From positions 50,766-114,765 of the forward strand of contig CAUTNK010000006.1 in assembly GCA_963540065.1 (NCBI GenBank): a stretch of 64,000 bases of DNA, written 5' to 3'. Below are positions 1-10,021 of the stretch, in pieces. This stretch comes from an uncultured Bacteroidia bacterium (GTDB lineage Bacteria; Bacteroidota; Bacteroidia; Bacteroidales; CAJPTX01). The stretch's first letter is position 1, and each line of letters starts with the position of its first letter. The notes under the pieces were generated by a model. That model was given only the letters and a program-made list of their open reading frames with translations, had not been told where the DNA came from and ran no database searches. A program made the position numbers and the translations under genes.

Positions 1-1
1 T

Positions 2-175
2 TTCCGAATCCCCTACACCGAAGGTTTGCAAGCATTCAACGCGGCAAGATTACTCGGCGTGCCTGCAAGACTCTGCGTCTATCCCGATGCTACCCATTTT
101 ATGATAAAGCCGCAGGATGCTGTGGTATGGCATTACGAATTCTTTAATTGGTTGGATAGGTGGTTAAAACAATAG
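2..175 (+). CDS. C-terminal end of an S9-family (prolyl oligopeptidase / acylaminoacyl peptidase type) serine peptidase. The gene starts upstream of the window.
   Basis: Frame 2 is open from the window edge to TAG at 173-175. It translates to FRIPYTEGLQAFNAARLLGVPARLCVYPDATHFMIKPQDAVVWHYEFFNWLDRWLKQ, the typical S9 C-terminus carrying the catalytic His (DATH). Confidence 0.55.
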   Translation, partial: FRIPYTEGLQAFNAARLLGVPARLCVYPDATHFMIKPQDAVVWHYEFFNWLDRWLKQ

Positions 176-207
176 TACACGACTGATAAGTATATCAGAG
201 AATGTTG

Positions 208-215
208 TATATTTG
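208..215 (+). promoter_or_regulatory. Candidate Bacteroidota -7 promoter box (TATATTTG, matches TAnnTTTG)
   Basis: Perfect match to the TAnnTTTG consensus. It lies about 220 nt upstream of the next start at 435, which implies a long leader. Confidence 0.3.
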
Positions 216-434
216 TTTTGAAAATATGACGGAATCATATCGACAAGGGACGAGTATTAGATTGCAATAAGGTAAAATACACAATAAACCATGTGTGTAC
301 GTGGTAAATTGGGGTGCCGGTTCCTGTTGCAGCAAACAGGGAAGGCACGTGTAAACCAACGCAAGTTACAAGTCAGGAAACGCCCTTTATGGTTTTGTCT
401 TTGTGAGGAATAGGCTACGTAATAAAGTGAAATC

Positions 435-824
435 ATGGATGTGTTAGAAATCCCCAATACTGCGAAAACTCCACAGATTAGCTTAAATCCCGACGGGAGA
501 CTCTTCTTCAGCGGAAGATCTATCCCAGAGAACTCCATCGAGTTCTACAGACCCGTTATGGATTGGTTGACCGAGTACGCTAGAGATGCTCAACCGCTCA
601 CCGTGGTCGAAATGCGATTTGAGTATTTCAATACGAGCTCCTCTAAATGTATCCTCGACGTCTTTAAGCGACTAGGCATGATACACGATCTCCCCGGAAA
701 GGAAGTGCAGGTAAAATGGTATTTCCTTAACGAGGACGAAGACATGTACGAGTCGGGGAATGACTACAGTACTATCGTAAAAATCCCATTCGAACTGATT
801 GCTACCTCCTCGGAAGAGGCTTAG
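435..824 (+). CDS. DUF1987 / SiaC-family regulatory phosphoprotein
   Basis: 129 aa. It carries the family hallmarks TPQISLNPDGRLFFSGRSIPENSIEFYRPVMDWL, YFNTSSSKCILDVFKRL and VKWYFLNEDEDMYESGNDY. Confidence 0.8.
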   Translation: MDVLEIPNTAKTPQISLNPDGRLFFSGRSIPENSIEFYRPVMDWLTEYARDAQPLTVVEMRFEYFNTSSSKCILDVFKRLGMIHDLPGKEVQVKWYFLNEDEDMYESGNDYSTIVKIPFELIATSSEEA

Positions 825-850
825 AAGTACCTGTATGGGCACTTCTTTAT
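823..850 (+). terminator. Possible weak rho-independent terminator after the SiaC-like gene
   Basis: Hairpin AGAAGTACC / GGCACTTCT (one A.C mismatch, 6-nt loop) followed by TTATCTTT. Confidence 0.35.
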
Positions 851-1044
851 CTTTGTAGCGTGAGTTTGTTACAAAGACCTGCGAACTGACTTCCGGAATG
901 TACACGAGCTGCTACTGTAGGAGGGGATAAGCTCAGCAGTAGTGTTTGTCGCGCGTTCGTACGTCGGGAAGTTAGGCTTGCGGTGTTGGTGAGATATCGG
1001 GGTAGGTTCGGAGTGCATTACCCAAAGAAAAGATCGCAGAGGCG

Positions 1045-4000
1045 GTGGAGAAGCTAGACTTCAAGCACTTACTAGTGCAAGTAGCGGATTTACCTCAGGT
1101 GGGCGCTATTGCCCAGTGTAGACTCCAGCAAACGTCCTCGCGATTGTATGGTGTTGTTGGCTCGTGGCTTTCGTGTGTAATAGGGGCAGAATGTCTCTAC
1201 GCGTCGAGACAAACGACCTCACCTACTCCCTTTTGTTCATTACTTATTTGTCAGGATCATGATACAGCTGCGCATATCTATACCGAACTGAGTGCGTGGC
1301 AGTTGCCGTCGGAAGTTCATCTGTTTCCGTCTTCCTATCGTGGTCGTGTCCTACCTGCCAATATGCAGGCTGAGCGTATTGTACAACGAAACGAGACCCT
1401 ACTAAATCTTACAAAAGCAACCTCGCAAGCGCATATTGTTATAACTTACGCTGAGGCACTTGCTGAGAAAATTGCATTACAAAATACACAGGACGAAAAT
1501 AAAAAGTCGCTAAAACAAGGCGATGAACTAGATAGGGAACTCCTGATCGAAGAGCTCGAGGCTATGGGTTTTACGCAAGAGGAGTTTGTCTACGAACCCG
1601 GACAGTATGCAAGGCGTGGGGCTATTTTAGATGTCTTCTCCTATGCCGATTATTACCCTTACAGAATAGACTTTTTGGATAATGAGGTAGACTCTATCAG
1701 GCGTTTCGATGCCGATTCGCAGCGATCTATAGAAATCCTACAAGAGGTAACTATCGTCGGCGCATTAAAAGAAGAACCAGATGCTACACAATCACTTACC
1801 TCAGTGCTCCCTCAAACGCAAACCCTCCTCTGGCTCCCAGAGCTAAAGGCTGTAAAAAAGCAGTATAGCGACGTTTATACAGAAGTGGACGAAGAGCTCA
1901 ACCCATATTTCGCCTCGCCTACCGAATGGGAAAATACTCTGGATGCTTTTACGTGCTTAGAGTTTGATACAGTAGAAACGCCACAAAAAGGGGAAGCGAC
2001 GATCGCCTTTCGTACCAAACCGCAACCGGTCTTTCATAAAAATTTCGACCTCCTCGCCGAAACACTCCACAAAGAGCACACCTGCGGCCATACTACCTAC
2101 ATATTTGTCGAGCAGCCCTCGCAAGTGGAGCGTTTGCAAAATATTCTCAAAGATCACAACCTCCAAGCAGGCGAGGACTATACGTTGGTACAAGCCCCCA
2201 TTTATCGCGGATTTATGAGCGAGGAACTAGGGCTAAACTTCTTTACCGATCACGAGATCTTGGAACGGTTCCATGCCTATCATCTAGCTAAGAAGCTTTC
2301 CCAAAGGGATGCCCTAACCCTCACCGAGTTACAACACCTCAAACCAGGCGACTATGTTGTGCATGCCGACTACGGAGTGGGCATTTTCGAAGGGCTTATC
2401 ACACACAGAAAAGATGGCGTAAACTACGAACTGGTGCGCTTATCGTATCGCGATCGCGATTCGCTCCTGATGAGTGTACATAGTCTCGATAAGCTATCTA
2501 AATACCGATCGAGCGACGATACCCCACCCACTCTAAATAAACTAAATTCCAGTGCCTGGAACAAGCTAAAAGCAAAAACCAAAAGGCAGGTTAAGGATAT
2601 CGCGCGCGATCTGATCCAACTCTACGCACAACGACGTGCAAAAGAGGGTTTCGCCTTTTCTACAGATACCTATCTACAAGAAGAATTGGAAGCCTCTTTT
2701 CAGTATGAGGATACCCCCGATCAGTTAGCTACTACACTGGCAGTAAAGCGCGACATGGAAAAGAACATCCCCATGGATCGTCTTATCTGTGCCGATGTCG
2801 GATTTGGAAAGACCGAAATCGCTATCCGAGCAGCATTCAAAGCAGTTTGCGATAGTAAGCAGGTGGCAGTGCTTGTTCCAACTACCGTGCTCGCGCTACA
2901 GCATTTCAGAACTTTTTCACAAAGACTTGCCCAATTCCCGGCACGGGTCGCTGTCCTTTCTAGGTTGCAAACAGCCAAAGAGCAGAAACAGATTATTGCC
3001 GAACTCGCCGAAGGGAAAATAGATATACTCATAGGTACACACGCCTTGTTGCGCTCTACAGTGCAGTTTAAGGATTTAGGCTTGTTGATTGTTGACGAGG
3101 AACAAAAATTCGGAGTTGCTGCTAAAGAGCACTTAAAAAATATGCGCACTCAGATAGATACGCTTACCCTCACGGCAACTCCCATTCCACGTACTCTACA
3201 GTTCTCGCTAATGGGTGCTAGAGATATGTCGGTAATAGCTACGCCGCCGCCCAACCGGTACCCTATCGAGACGCAAGTTATGACTTTCGAGCCCGAGCGG
3301 ATTGCACAAGCTATTCGATTCGAAATTCAACGCGGAGGGCAAGTCTACTTTATCAACAATCTGGTGCAGAACCTATCGGTAATTGCCGCAAGACTCGAGG
3401 AGCTCATACCCGAGATCCGAATAGCTATTGCACATGGGCAGATGCCTGCTAAAGACCTCGAAGCGGTAATGCTCGACTTTATGAATGCCGATTACGACCT
3501 ACTACTGTGTACCTCCATTGTAGAAGCGGGTCTCGACATCCAAAACGTTAATACCATCTTTATAAATAATGGCAACCACTTCGGACTGAGCGATTTGCAT
3601 CAACTCCGTGGACGGGTTGGGCGCTCCGATCGTAAAGCGTATTGCTATATAATTATTCCCGCAACAGAACTCCTAACGCCAAGTGCGCAAAAACGATTGA
3701 GAGCTATTGTCGATTATTCCGATCTGGGTAGTGGCATGAGTCTGGCTATGCAGGATCTGAATATCCGTGGTGCTGGCGACTTGCTTGGTGCCGAGCAGAG
3801 TGGCTTTATTGTCGACCTAGGTATCGAGACCTACTATCGTATCCTAGACGAGGCGGTAGAAGAGCTCAAACAGGAAGAATTTGCCGAGCTCTTTGAAGAA
3901 GAGAAAAAACAAAGCTATCGCATTCCAGAATGTGTGGTAGATGGTGATCTACCGCTCTATCTCCCCACAGAGTACGTGGAGAGCACACCAGAGCGATTAA

Positions 4001-4374
4001 GCCTCTACAGAAGGCTCACAAACATACACACCAGCGAGGAGATCGATGCTTTTACCGAGGAGTTGGAAGATAGATTTGGTCCGTTACCACCAGAAGCTAC
4101 CGAACTCCTGAAAATCCCGCAACTAAAATGGACAGCGAACGCCCTCGGGATTCAACGAATACAGTTCCAGAACCATGTCATGATCCTGCAGTTCGTAACG
4201 CCTATGTCCTCGCCATTCTATGCAAGTGCTACTTTCGGGAATGTGCTGAAACAGATATCTACCTTTGGGAATCGCGCGCAGATACGTCAAACGGAATCGC
4301 AACTGGCATTTGTGGTAAGAGACATTCACTCCGTCGCCGACGCACAAAATTTGTTAAACGAACTGGCATCGTAA
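1045..4374 (+). CDS. mfd: Transcription-repair coupling factor Mfd
   Basis: 1109 aa with a GTG start. CarD-like segment (LKPGDYVVHADYGVGIF), helicase motifs (GFGKTEIAIRAAF, VDEEQKFGV, TATPIPRT, QLRGRVGR) and a C-terminal TRCF domain. Confidence 0.97.
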   Translation: MEKLDFKHLLVQVADLPQVGAIAQCRLQQTSSRLYGVVGSWLSCVIGAECLYASRQTTSPTPFCSLLICQDHDTAAHIYTELSAWQLPSEVHLFPSSYRGRVLPANMQAERIVQRNETLLNLTKATSQAHIVITYAEALAEKIALQNTQDENKKSLKQGDELDRELLIEELEAMGFTQEEFVYEPGQYARRGAILDVFSYADYYPYRIDFLDNEVDSIRRFDADSQRSIEILQEVTIVGALKEEPDATQSLTSVLPQTQTLLWLPELKAVKKQYSDVYTEVDEELNPYFASPTEWENTLDAFTCLEFDTVETPQKGEATIAFRTKPQPVFHKNFDLLAETLHKEHTCGHTTYIFVEQPSQVERLQNILKDHNLQAGEDYTLVQAPIYRGFMSEELGLNFFTDHEILERFHAYHLAKKLSQRDALTLTELQHLKPGDYVVHADYGVGIFEGLITHRKDGVNYELVRLSYRDRDSLLMSVHSLDKLSKYRSSDDTPPTLNKLNSSAWNKLKAKTKRQVKDIARDLIQLYAQRRAKEGFAFSTDTYLQEELEASFQYEDTPDQLATTLAVKRDMEKNIPMDRLICADVGFGKTEIAIRAAFKAVCDSKQVAVLVPTTVLALQHFRTFSQRLAQFPARVAVLSRLQTAKEQKQIIAELAEGKIDILIGTHALLRSTVQFKDLGLLIVDEEQKFGVAAKEHLKNMRTQIDTLTLTATPIPRTLQFSLMGARDMSVIATPPPNRYPIETQVMTFEPERIAQAIRFEIQRGGQVYFINNLVQNLSVIAARLEELIPEIRIAIAHGQMPAKDLEAVMLDFMNADYDLLLCTSIVEAGLDIQNVNTIFINNGNHFGLSDLHQLRGRVGRSDRKAYCYIIIPATELLTPSAQKRLRAIVDYSDLGSGMSLAMQDLNIRGAGDLLGAEQSGFIVDLGIETYYRILDEAVEELKQEEFAELFEEEKKQSYRIPECVVDGDLPLYLPTEYVESTPERLSLYRRLTNIHTSEEIDAFTEELEDRFGPLPPEATELLKIPQLKWTANALGIQRIQFQNHVMILQFVTPMSSPFYASATFGNVLKQISTFGNRAQIRQTESQLAFVVRDIHSVADAQNLLNELAS

Positions 4375-4380
4375 AAAGCA

Positions 4381-5112
4381 ATGCGTGCGCTGTTACTAGA
4401 TATTGGCAATTCGCGAACGAAAGCAGCAATACACGACTCGCAAAAGCTGATCGATTTCATTACCTTCGATAAAAATCAGTATGAGTCTATCTTGCAGTAT
4501 GCCAAAGAATTCCGAGCTGAGGCTTGCTGTTTTTGTAATGTTGGAGACTTGGACGAACGTTTTGTTGAGAAGCTGCAAGCTGGTTTTGCAGTATGTCATC
4601 AGGTGACTCCCGCGAGTTGTCTCCCTTTCCAACACGAAAAAGGCGCTATTTATGCAACTATGGGGAGCGATCGGATCGCAGCTCTTGCGGGAGCCTATAT
4701 TCGTTTCCCGAATCAAGCGACGCTATTGGTAGATGCGGGATCGGCTATAACCTACGATTTCTTAGACGATAAGGGTTTTTATAAAGGAGGGCTCATTACG
4801 GCTGGTCTTCGCATGCGTCTGAAAGCCTTGCATGAATTTACAGCAAAGTTGCCATTAGTAGATATCCCAGATAGCAGGTCTAGCGAGCTCTTGGCAACCG
4901 ATACCCAGCAAGCTCTACAAGCGGGTTGTGTCGCTGGGCTTAAGGGCGAATATCAGTATATTGCGAATTATCTTACAACCAGATATAGCAGTTTTCAAAC
5001 CCTACTTACGGGCGGCGACGCTCAATCCCTTGCAAAATTCTATCTTTGTAGAAACTTTATACCCAATCTAGTCTTGGAGGGCTTGTATGGTTTGTTGCAA
5101 TGTAATTGTTAG
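4381..5112 (+). CDS. coaX: Type III pantothenate kinase
   Basis: 243 aa. Motifs LLLDIGNSRTK, MGSDRIAA and VDAGSAITYD are typical of CoaX. Confidence 0.9.
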   Translation: MRALLLDIGNSRTKAAIHDSQKLIDFITFDKNQYESILQYAKEFRAEACCFCNVGDLDERFVEKLQAGFAVCHQVTPASCLPFQHEKGAIYATMGSDRIAALAGAYIRFPNQATLLVDAGSAITYDFLDDKGFYKGGLITAGLRMRLKALHEFTAKLPLVDIPDSRSSELLATDTQQALQAGCVAGLKGEYQYIANYLTTRYSSFQTLLTGGDAQSLAKFYLCRNFIPNLVLEGLYGLLQCNC

Positions 5113-6382
5113 AGCATGGCAAAAAGGGGGGCTTGCTTTTGCGCTATTCTTTTGTATTAATGCGCTATCTGCCCAAGTTACTAATACCAATTCGCCGTAC
5201 TCGAGGTTCGGACTAGGTGATCGGGAAGTTGTTGGTTACAGCAAATCGCAAGCTATGGGCGGTATTGCGTACGGACTGCGAGACAAAAATTATATCAACG
5301 CTGCCAATCCGGCTGCCTTTTCTTCGCAGGACTCCCTGTCGTTTATTTTGGAAATGGCCTTTAAGGGGCGTTATATGCTTGCGCAATCGCAGAATGATAG
5401 CCGCAAGAATGTGGCAGCTAATGTGCACCATGTGGCGATGCAGTTCCCGATCTGGAAGTACTTCGGGATGGCTATCGGCTTTCAACCCTACTCGCAGATG
5501 GGTTTTGATGTTGTCAGGTACGAGACGCGACGCGAGATCTTGAGTAAGATTGGCAACATCCGCTACAAGCATCACGGTTATGGCGGACTTAACGAGGCTT
5601 TTGGCGGATTAAGCTACAAGCCCCATAAATTGATTGCTGTAGGAGTTAATTTCCGTTTCCTTTTCGGTGCGCTTAATTTTTCGCAGAATGCCTACGTCCC
5701 GCACAACGCCTTATATGCCGATATCCGTTACGATAATAGGCTAGTGCTACGTGGCTACGGTATTACTTCAGGCCTGCAGGCGGCGATACCCTTCTCGGAT
5801 ACAAAACTCTTACGCCTAGGTGCGGTGCTGGAGCTTGTCCCTAAGTTGGTTGCCGAGCGTAGGCTAGATATCTCGCAGGTCTATCTCAACAATGCTATGC
5901 GAGTAGCGTACAATTCGAAAGCGGGCGTAGAGGAGCTGAAATATCCTATGCGCTTCGGAGCTGGACTCTACTATCAATCTGAACGAATAAGCGGCGGATT
6001 TGACTTCTCTATGCAGGACTGGTCGGCATTTCGTATGCCCGGTTCTGATCAACAAAATGCAGCAACTATAACATTAAATGCTGGTTTGCAGTGGATACCA
6101 AATCCGAGCGACTTGCGTTTTTATATGAAACGCGTCCATTACCGTTTGGGAGCTTATTTTACGCAGTTGCCAATGCGCATTGGTGAGAACCGATTGCAAG
6201 AAATAGGCTTTACCTTCGGGCTCGGGTTACCGTACAAGTACACGGGCTCTACCTTCCACACTACTTTTCGTTTCGGAACGCGTGGGAATACCTCCAATGG
6301 GCTACTGCGTGAGTTCTATTCAGAACTTATCCTTGGCGTCTCGCTCAACGACGTCTGGTTTGTGAAAAGAAAATTTCAGTAA
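5087..6382 (+). CDS. Outer-membrane beta-barrel (porin-like) protein
   Basis: Signal peptide (GLAFALFFCINALSAQ), an NSPYSRFGLGD motif, alternating beta-strand pattern and a C-terminal aromatic residue (KRKFQ). It sits in the conserved coaX-lptC neighbourhood. The start overlaps coaX by 26 nt and is uncertain. Confidence 0.6.
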   Translation: MVCCNVIVRAWQKGGLAFALFFCINALSAQVTNTNSPYSRFGLGDREVVGYSKSQAMGGIAYGLRDKNYINAANPAAFSSQDSLSFILEMAFKGRYMLAQSQNDSRKNVAANVHHVAMQFPIWKYFGMAIGFQPYSQMGFDVVRYETRREILSKIGNIRYKHHGYGGLNEAFGGLSYKPHKLIAVGVNFRFLFGALNFSQNAYVPHNALYADIRYDNRLVLRGYGITSGLQAAIPFSDTKLLRLGAVLELVPKLVAERRLDISQVYLNNAMRVAYNSKAGVEELKYPMRFGAGLYYQSERISGGFDFSMQDWSAFRMPGSDQQNAATITLNAGLQWIPNPSDLRFYMKRVHYRLGAYFTQLPMRIGENRLQEIGFTFGLGLPYKYTGSTFHTTFRFGTRGNTSNGLLREFYSELILGVSLNDVWFVKRKFQ

Positions 6383-6392
6383 TACAGAAACC

Positions 6393-6400
6393 TAAATTTG
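6393..6400 (+). promoter_or_regulatory. Candidate -7 box TAAATTTG
   Basis: Perfect TAnnTTTG only 8 nt before the ATG at 6408, which would give a near-leaderless mRNA. Confidence 0.3.
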
Positions 6401-6407
6401 AGTAACT

Positions 6408-7760
6408 ATGTTTAGAATATTCGTTTTGCGCACAATGCTACTGATGCTTCTATGCTGTGTTGTGGGAGCAACAGTTTTGTGGGCGCAAGTGAAAAATCCC
6501 ATCTTTGATAATCCTAAGTATGGCGACGACCCGCAAACGCGCGAAGAGTGTGTTAAGAATACCTCATTCTATCAAGAATTCTATAAGCAGAAAAATTACA
6601 AGGATGCCGCCCAGGGGTGGGGGATCGTTTACAAGATCTGTCCGAAGTCCAGCGAAAATATCTATATCCGTGGTGTGCAAATGCTCAAACTCGTTATCAA
6701 CGAGACGGCTGATCCGGTAGTTCGCAAAAAGCTCGTAGATAGTTTAATGCGGATTTACGATAAACGCATCAAGTACTTCAAAAAAGAAGGCGAGAACCTA
6801 GAAAAGAAAGGGCTAGATCTGCATACCTTGAGCCCAGATAGGTCGTACGAAGTATATTCGATACTTTCGAAGGCGATGGCTTTGCAACAGGATAAAGCAG
6901 AACCGGCTGTCTATCTCGCGCTTATGCAAGCAACCAAGGATTTGTACGTAAAGCAGCAATTCTCGGCAGACAGTGTAATTGCAATTTATACGCGCTTGTC
7001 CGATCGCTTCACGCGCAAGATGGCACAACATCCTGAAGACGAAAAACTCAAACCCATGTCGGAGTCCTTGGATGCCTTGTTTACCAGTGCTGGAGTCGCG
7101 AATTGCGATAACTTGGTGGCTATTTATACGCCTAAGTTCGAAGCTAATCCGATGGATATGGAGCAAAATAGAGCGATATACAATCAGCTATCTGCACTCC
7201 GTTGTAACGACTCGGAACTTTACCTGAAGGTTGCGCTTGCTATTTTTGATGCCGCTCCAAATGCTACACAAGGTTTAGAAATTGCCAGAATTTATATGGC
7301 AAAGAAAAAGAATTCGGAGGCAGATGGAGTATTTAAGAAAGCGATTGCTAGCGAACAAGATCCCGTAAAGCGCTCTTCGATGTTGGTCGAATATGCTAGT
7401 TTTGTTGGGACGGTTATGGGTGATATGGTTAGAGCGCGCACCCTTGCTAATGAGGCTATTGCATTGAATGCTGCACAGGGTTATGCCTATTTTGTAATCG
7501 GTCAGCTATACGCCTCTACGAAGCACTGCGGCGCTACAAAGATTGATAATCTGTCGGTCTACTGGGCTGCTATCGACAAATTTAATCAAGCAAGAAGTGT
7601 CGACCCGAATCTATCTGCCGATTGTACCAAGCAAATAGCCTTCTATTCGCAGTATTTCCCGACAACAGAGGAGGTCTTCTTCCAAGATCTAGAAGTCGGT
7701 AAGCAGTTTACCGTCCCGTGTTGGATTAACGAGAAGACAACCATACGTGCCAGAAATTAA
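6408..7760 (+). CDS. Secreted TPR-like helical repeat protein
   Basis: 450 aa with an N-terminal signal peptide (MLLMLLCCVVGATVLWAQ) and helical repeat character. Its position between the porin-like gene and lptC is conserved. Confidence 0.5.
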   Translation: MFRIFVLRTMLLMLLCCVVGATVLWAQVKNPIFDNPKYGDDPQTREECVKNTSFYQEFYKQKNYKDAAQGWGIVYKICPKSSENIYIRGVQMLKLVINETADPVVRKKLVDSLMRIYDKRIKYFKKEGENLEKKGLDLHTLSPDRSYEVYSILSKAMALQQDKAEPAVYLALMQATKDLYVKQQFSADSVIAIYTRLSDRFTRKMAQHPEDEKLKPMSESLDALFTSAGVANCDNLVAIYTPKFEANPMDMEQNRAIYNQLSALRCNDSELYLKVALAIFDAAPNATQGLEIARIYMAKKKNSEADGVFKKAIASEQDPVKRSSMLVEYASFVGTVMGDMVRARTLANEAIALNAAQGYAYFVIGQLYASTKHCGATKIDNLSVYWAAIDKFNQARSVDPNLSADCTKQIAFYSQYFPTTEEVFFQDLEVGKQFTVPCWINEKTTIRARN

Positions 7761-7831
7761 AGGGTACTGCGAACTTTTCGGTGTTATTATGCCGCCATAT
7801 CTGTTAGGTGGCTGAAGTGCGATAATTGACG

Positions 7832-8470
7832 ATGTATTATGCTAACCCCCACGGATTGCCACTTAAGCAGTCGGTGGGGGTTTTGTTTATACTATGGGTG
7901 GGCGCTACCTTCCTGCAAGCATGTTCGAATCCGTCTGACGAGATTCGCGATTACTCCCGTCTTGAGCAAGAACCCATGTTGGAAGCCGATGCGATTGATG
8001 TAGAGATGACCGATGGCGGGAAAACGATTCTGAGGGTACGAGCTGCAAGTATGAATTCGTTCGACCGTGAAGAAACGCAATACGACGAGTTCCCCAAAGG
8101 GATTTCCGTGCAATCCTACGACGAACAAGGCAACCCCAGTGCTAGTATCCGTGCCGATTATGCCATATATCAGCGTAAGGAAAAATTGTGGGAAGCGCGA
8201 ACCAGAGTTGTCGCGGTGAACGAAAAAGGCGATTCGATACAAACGGAACAGATCTTTTGGAACGAAACAGAGAAACGCGTCTATACTTCCGCGCGTGTCC
8301 GTATACGAACTGCCTCCGCTGTCCTATTCGGCAAAGGGCTAGAAAGTGACGACCGATTCGAGAACTGGGAGATTAAAGAACCCACCGGTATTATTGCGAT
8401 TAATGACCCTGCAACCCCTTCTCCTACAAATAACGATCTAACGCTACAAAACGCTACTACGGTGCAATGA
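7832..8470 (+). CDS. lptC: LPS export periplasmic protein LptC (lipoprotein form)
   Basis: Lipobox-like LQAC and an OstA/LptC-like beta-jellyroll sequence (ILRVRAASMNSF, SIRADYAIYQRKEKLWEARTRVVAVN). The ATG at 7832 is preferred over the TTG at 7826. Confidence 0.7.
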   Translation: MYYANPHGLPLKQSVGVLFILWVGATFLQACSNPSDEIRDYSRLEQEPMLEADAIDVEMTDGGKTILRVRAASMNSFDREETQYDEFPKGISVQSYDEQGNPSASIRADYAIYQRKEKLWEARTRVVAVNEKGDSIQTEQIFWNETEKRVYTSARVRIRTASAVLFGKGLESDDRFENWEIKEPTGIIAINDPATPSPTNNDLTLQNATTVQ

Positions 8471-8670
8471 GACTCTTTCAAATCGTTTTAGAAATTATAT
8501 GGTGCCTCTTGGGTGCCGTTTGTTTGTATCTGGGCTTTACTCGCCTCTCGGCGCCCGGACGGGTATCGCTGATCTTTTTTATACTTGCTGCGATTGCCTT
8601 TTTGATGGCATTCTTCCGGAATTATACCCGAAGAAAAAGAGAACAACGCGAGAAGAGACTATCCGAATAA
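8467..8670 (+). CDS. Small two-TM membrane protein
   Basis: 67 aa with two hydrophobic helices and a basic tail (RRKREQREKR). Its ATG overlaps the lptC stop (ATGA), suggesting translational coupling. Confidence 0.4.
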   Translation: MRLFQIVLEIIWCLLGAVCLYLGFTRLSAPGRVSLIFFILAAIAFLMAFFRNYTRRKREQREKRLSE

Positions 8671-8746
8671 AACCTCAATACGACTTTCGTAGTTTAGAGT
8701 ACGCTCCTGTTGATCTAATCTTGAACCTCCATCGCGTTATATTGTT

Positions 8747-10021
8747 TTGTGGTCGGTCTACATAGCATTCTTGTTTTCCATTCTCTTTTCGGCTATCTTC
8801 TCTGGCATGGAGATAGCTTTTCTGACAGCCAATCGGCTTAGGTTAGAGCTGGATAAAAAACAGAACCCACTATTGGCTAGGGTTATAGCCACGTATACCG
8901 AGCACCCCGCACTTTTCCTAGCGGCAATTCTGGTTGGTAACAATGTCGCTATGGTGCTCTACGGGATACTCTTTGCGCAAATTATAACACCACACATTCC
9001 GCTTTTACACAACGATCCGTGGTTACTCCTACTCTTGCAGACCTTTCTTAGCACGATCCTCCTTCTACTTATAGCAGAGTTCTTACCCAAAGCCATAGGG
9101 CGCATTCATGCCAATACATTTTTGAAAATCTTCGCATTCCCGATCTTTTTCTTCTATGTAGTCTTTTACCCGCTGAGTAAGCTTATGACTCTCATATCTC
9201 GGCATCTGGTTCGCTTGGTAACGCGACGTAGCTTTACAACACAGGTGCCGCCCACACTATTCGACCGAAACGATCTGAATGTCCTGATTGAAGAAGCGGT
9301 TCAACAAAAAGAGGATGCGAATAGTAACGACAATAAATCGTCGCACGATGCCCTGCGTATTATGCAGAATGCGATAGAGTTTAGCGAAGTACAGGTTCGC
9401 GATTGCTTGGTTCCGCGCCCAGATATGGTAGCTATTGAGGTAAATGACTCGATTGCTGAGTTGCGCGAGCTTCTTATAGCCTCTAATTATTCGCGTATCC
9501 CGGTTTTTGAGAATACGATAGACAATATTATCGGTTATGTGAATGCCAAAGCGCTTTTCAACAAGCCGAAAACTATTCGCGAAATGCTGCTAGCCATACG
9601 TTTCATACCAGAAACTATGAGTGCCAAAAAACTGCTATCTACGTTTATACACTCCTCTACAAGCTTTGCGATAGTTGTTGACGAGTTCGGCGGCACGGCA
9701 GGCTTGGTAACATTGGAGGATCTGGTGGAAGAAATTTTTGGCGAAATTAACGACGAGCACGACCACTCCTCCATTACCATGCGAGAGGTTGAAAAAGGAG
9801 TATATCATTTGTCTGGGCGTGCGGAAGTGGAAGAGGTGAACGAGCGTTTTGGCTTAGATATCCCCGAATCGGACGATTACGATACTATAGCGGGCTACAT
9901 CCTTGCTCACCAAGCCTCCCTACCCAAACAGGATGCATCGTGTGTTATAGACGACAATAGCATCAGGATTCTGAAGGCGGAGGGTAGTCGTATCCTCCTA
10001 ATAGAGCTTAAGAAGATATAG
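8747..10021 (+). CDS. CNNM/hemolysin-family membrane protein (DUF21 + CBS pair + CorC_HlyC; GldE-like)
   Basis: 424 aa. N-terminal TM domain with SGMEIAFL, a central CBS pair and a C-terminal CorC/HlyC transporter-associated domain. TTG start. Confidence 0.85.
   Translation: MWSVYIAFLFSILFSAIFSGMEIAFLTANRLRLELDKKQNPLLARVIATYTEHPALFLAAILVGNNVAMVLYGILFAQIITPHIPLLHNDPWLLLLLQTFLSTILLLLIAEFLPKAIGRIHANTFLKIFAFPIFFFYVVFYPLSKLMTLISRHLVRLVTRRSFTTQVPPTLFDRNDLNVLIEEAVQQKEDANSNDNKSSHDALRIMQNAIEFSEVQVRDCLVPRPDMVAIEVNDSIAELRELLIASNYSRIPVFENTIDNIIGYVNAKALFNKPKTIREMLLAIRFIPETMSAKKLLSTFIHSSTSFAIVVDEFGGTAGLVTLEDLVEEIFGEINDEHDHSSITMREVEKGVYHLSGRAEVEEVNERFGLDIPESDDYDTIAGYILAHQASLPKQDASCVIDDNSIRILKAEGSRILLIELKKI

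Noticed and set aside
300-420. Possible SRP (4.5S) RNA, because of GTGCCGG, CAGGGAAGGCA and GTCAGG strings
   Set aside because: The order and spacing of these strings do not match the conserved domain IV arrangement on either strand. The resemblance is superficial.
257-538. 93-aa minus-strand ORF overlapping the start of the SiaC-like gene
   Set aside because: It has no recognisable motif, it overlaps a well-supported plus-strand gene, and its composition is typical of a shadow frame. The region is treated instead as a possible leader or small RNA.
2721-3149. Antisense and shadow ORFs embedded in large, well-supported genes. Examples: 2721-3149(-) in mfd; 26800-27252(-) and 28111-28773(-) in or after the methyltransferase; 35743-36165(-) and 36512-36940(-) in the ClC gene; 47923-48405(-) in the DASS gene; 48544-49005(-) in rhuM; 63420-63806(-) opposite the partial AAA-ATPase-like gene.
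   Set aside because: Each lies entirely opposite to, or out of frame with, a gene that has strong motif-level support. Their translations are low-complexity or Arg/Ser/Cys-rich, with no recognisable motifs.
8499-8765. 88-aa ORF overlapping the small membrane-protein gene and the start of the CNNM gene
   Set aside because: It is out of frame with two better-supported genes, and its composition is not protein-like (Cys/Arg/Leu-rich).
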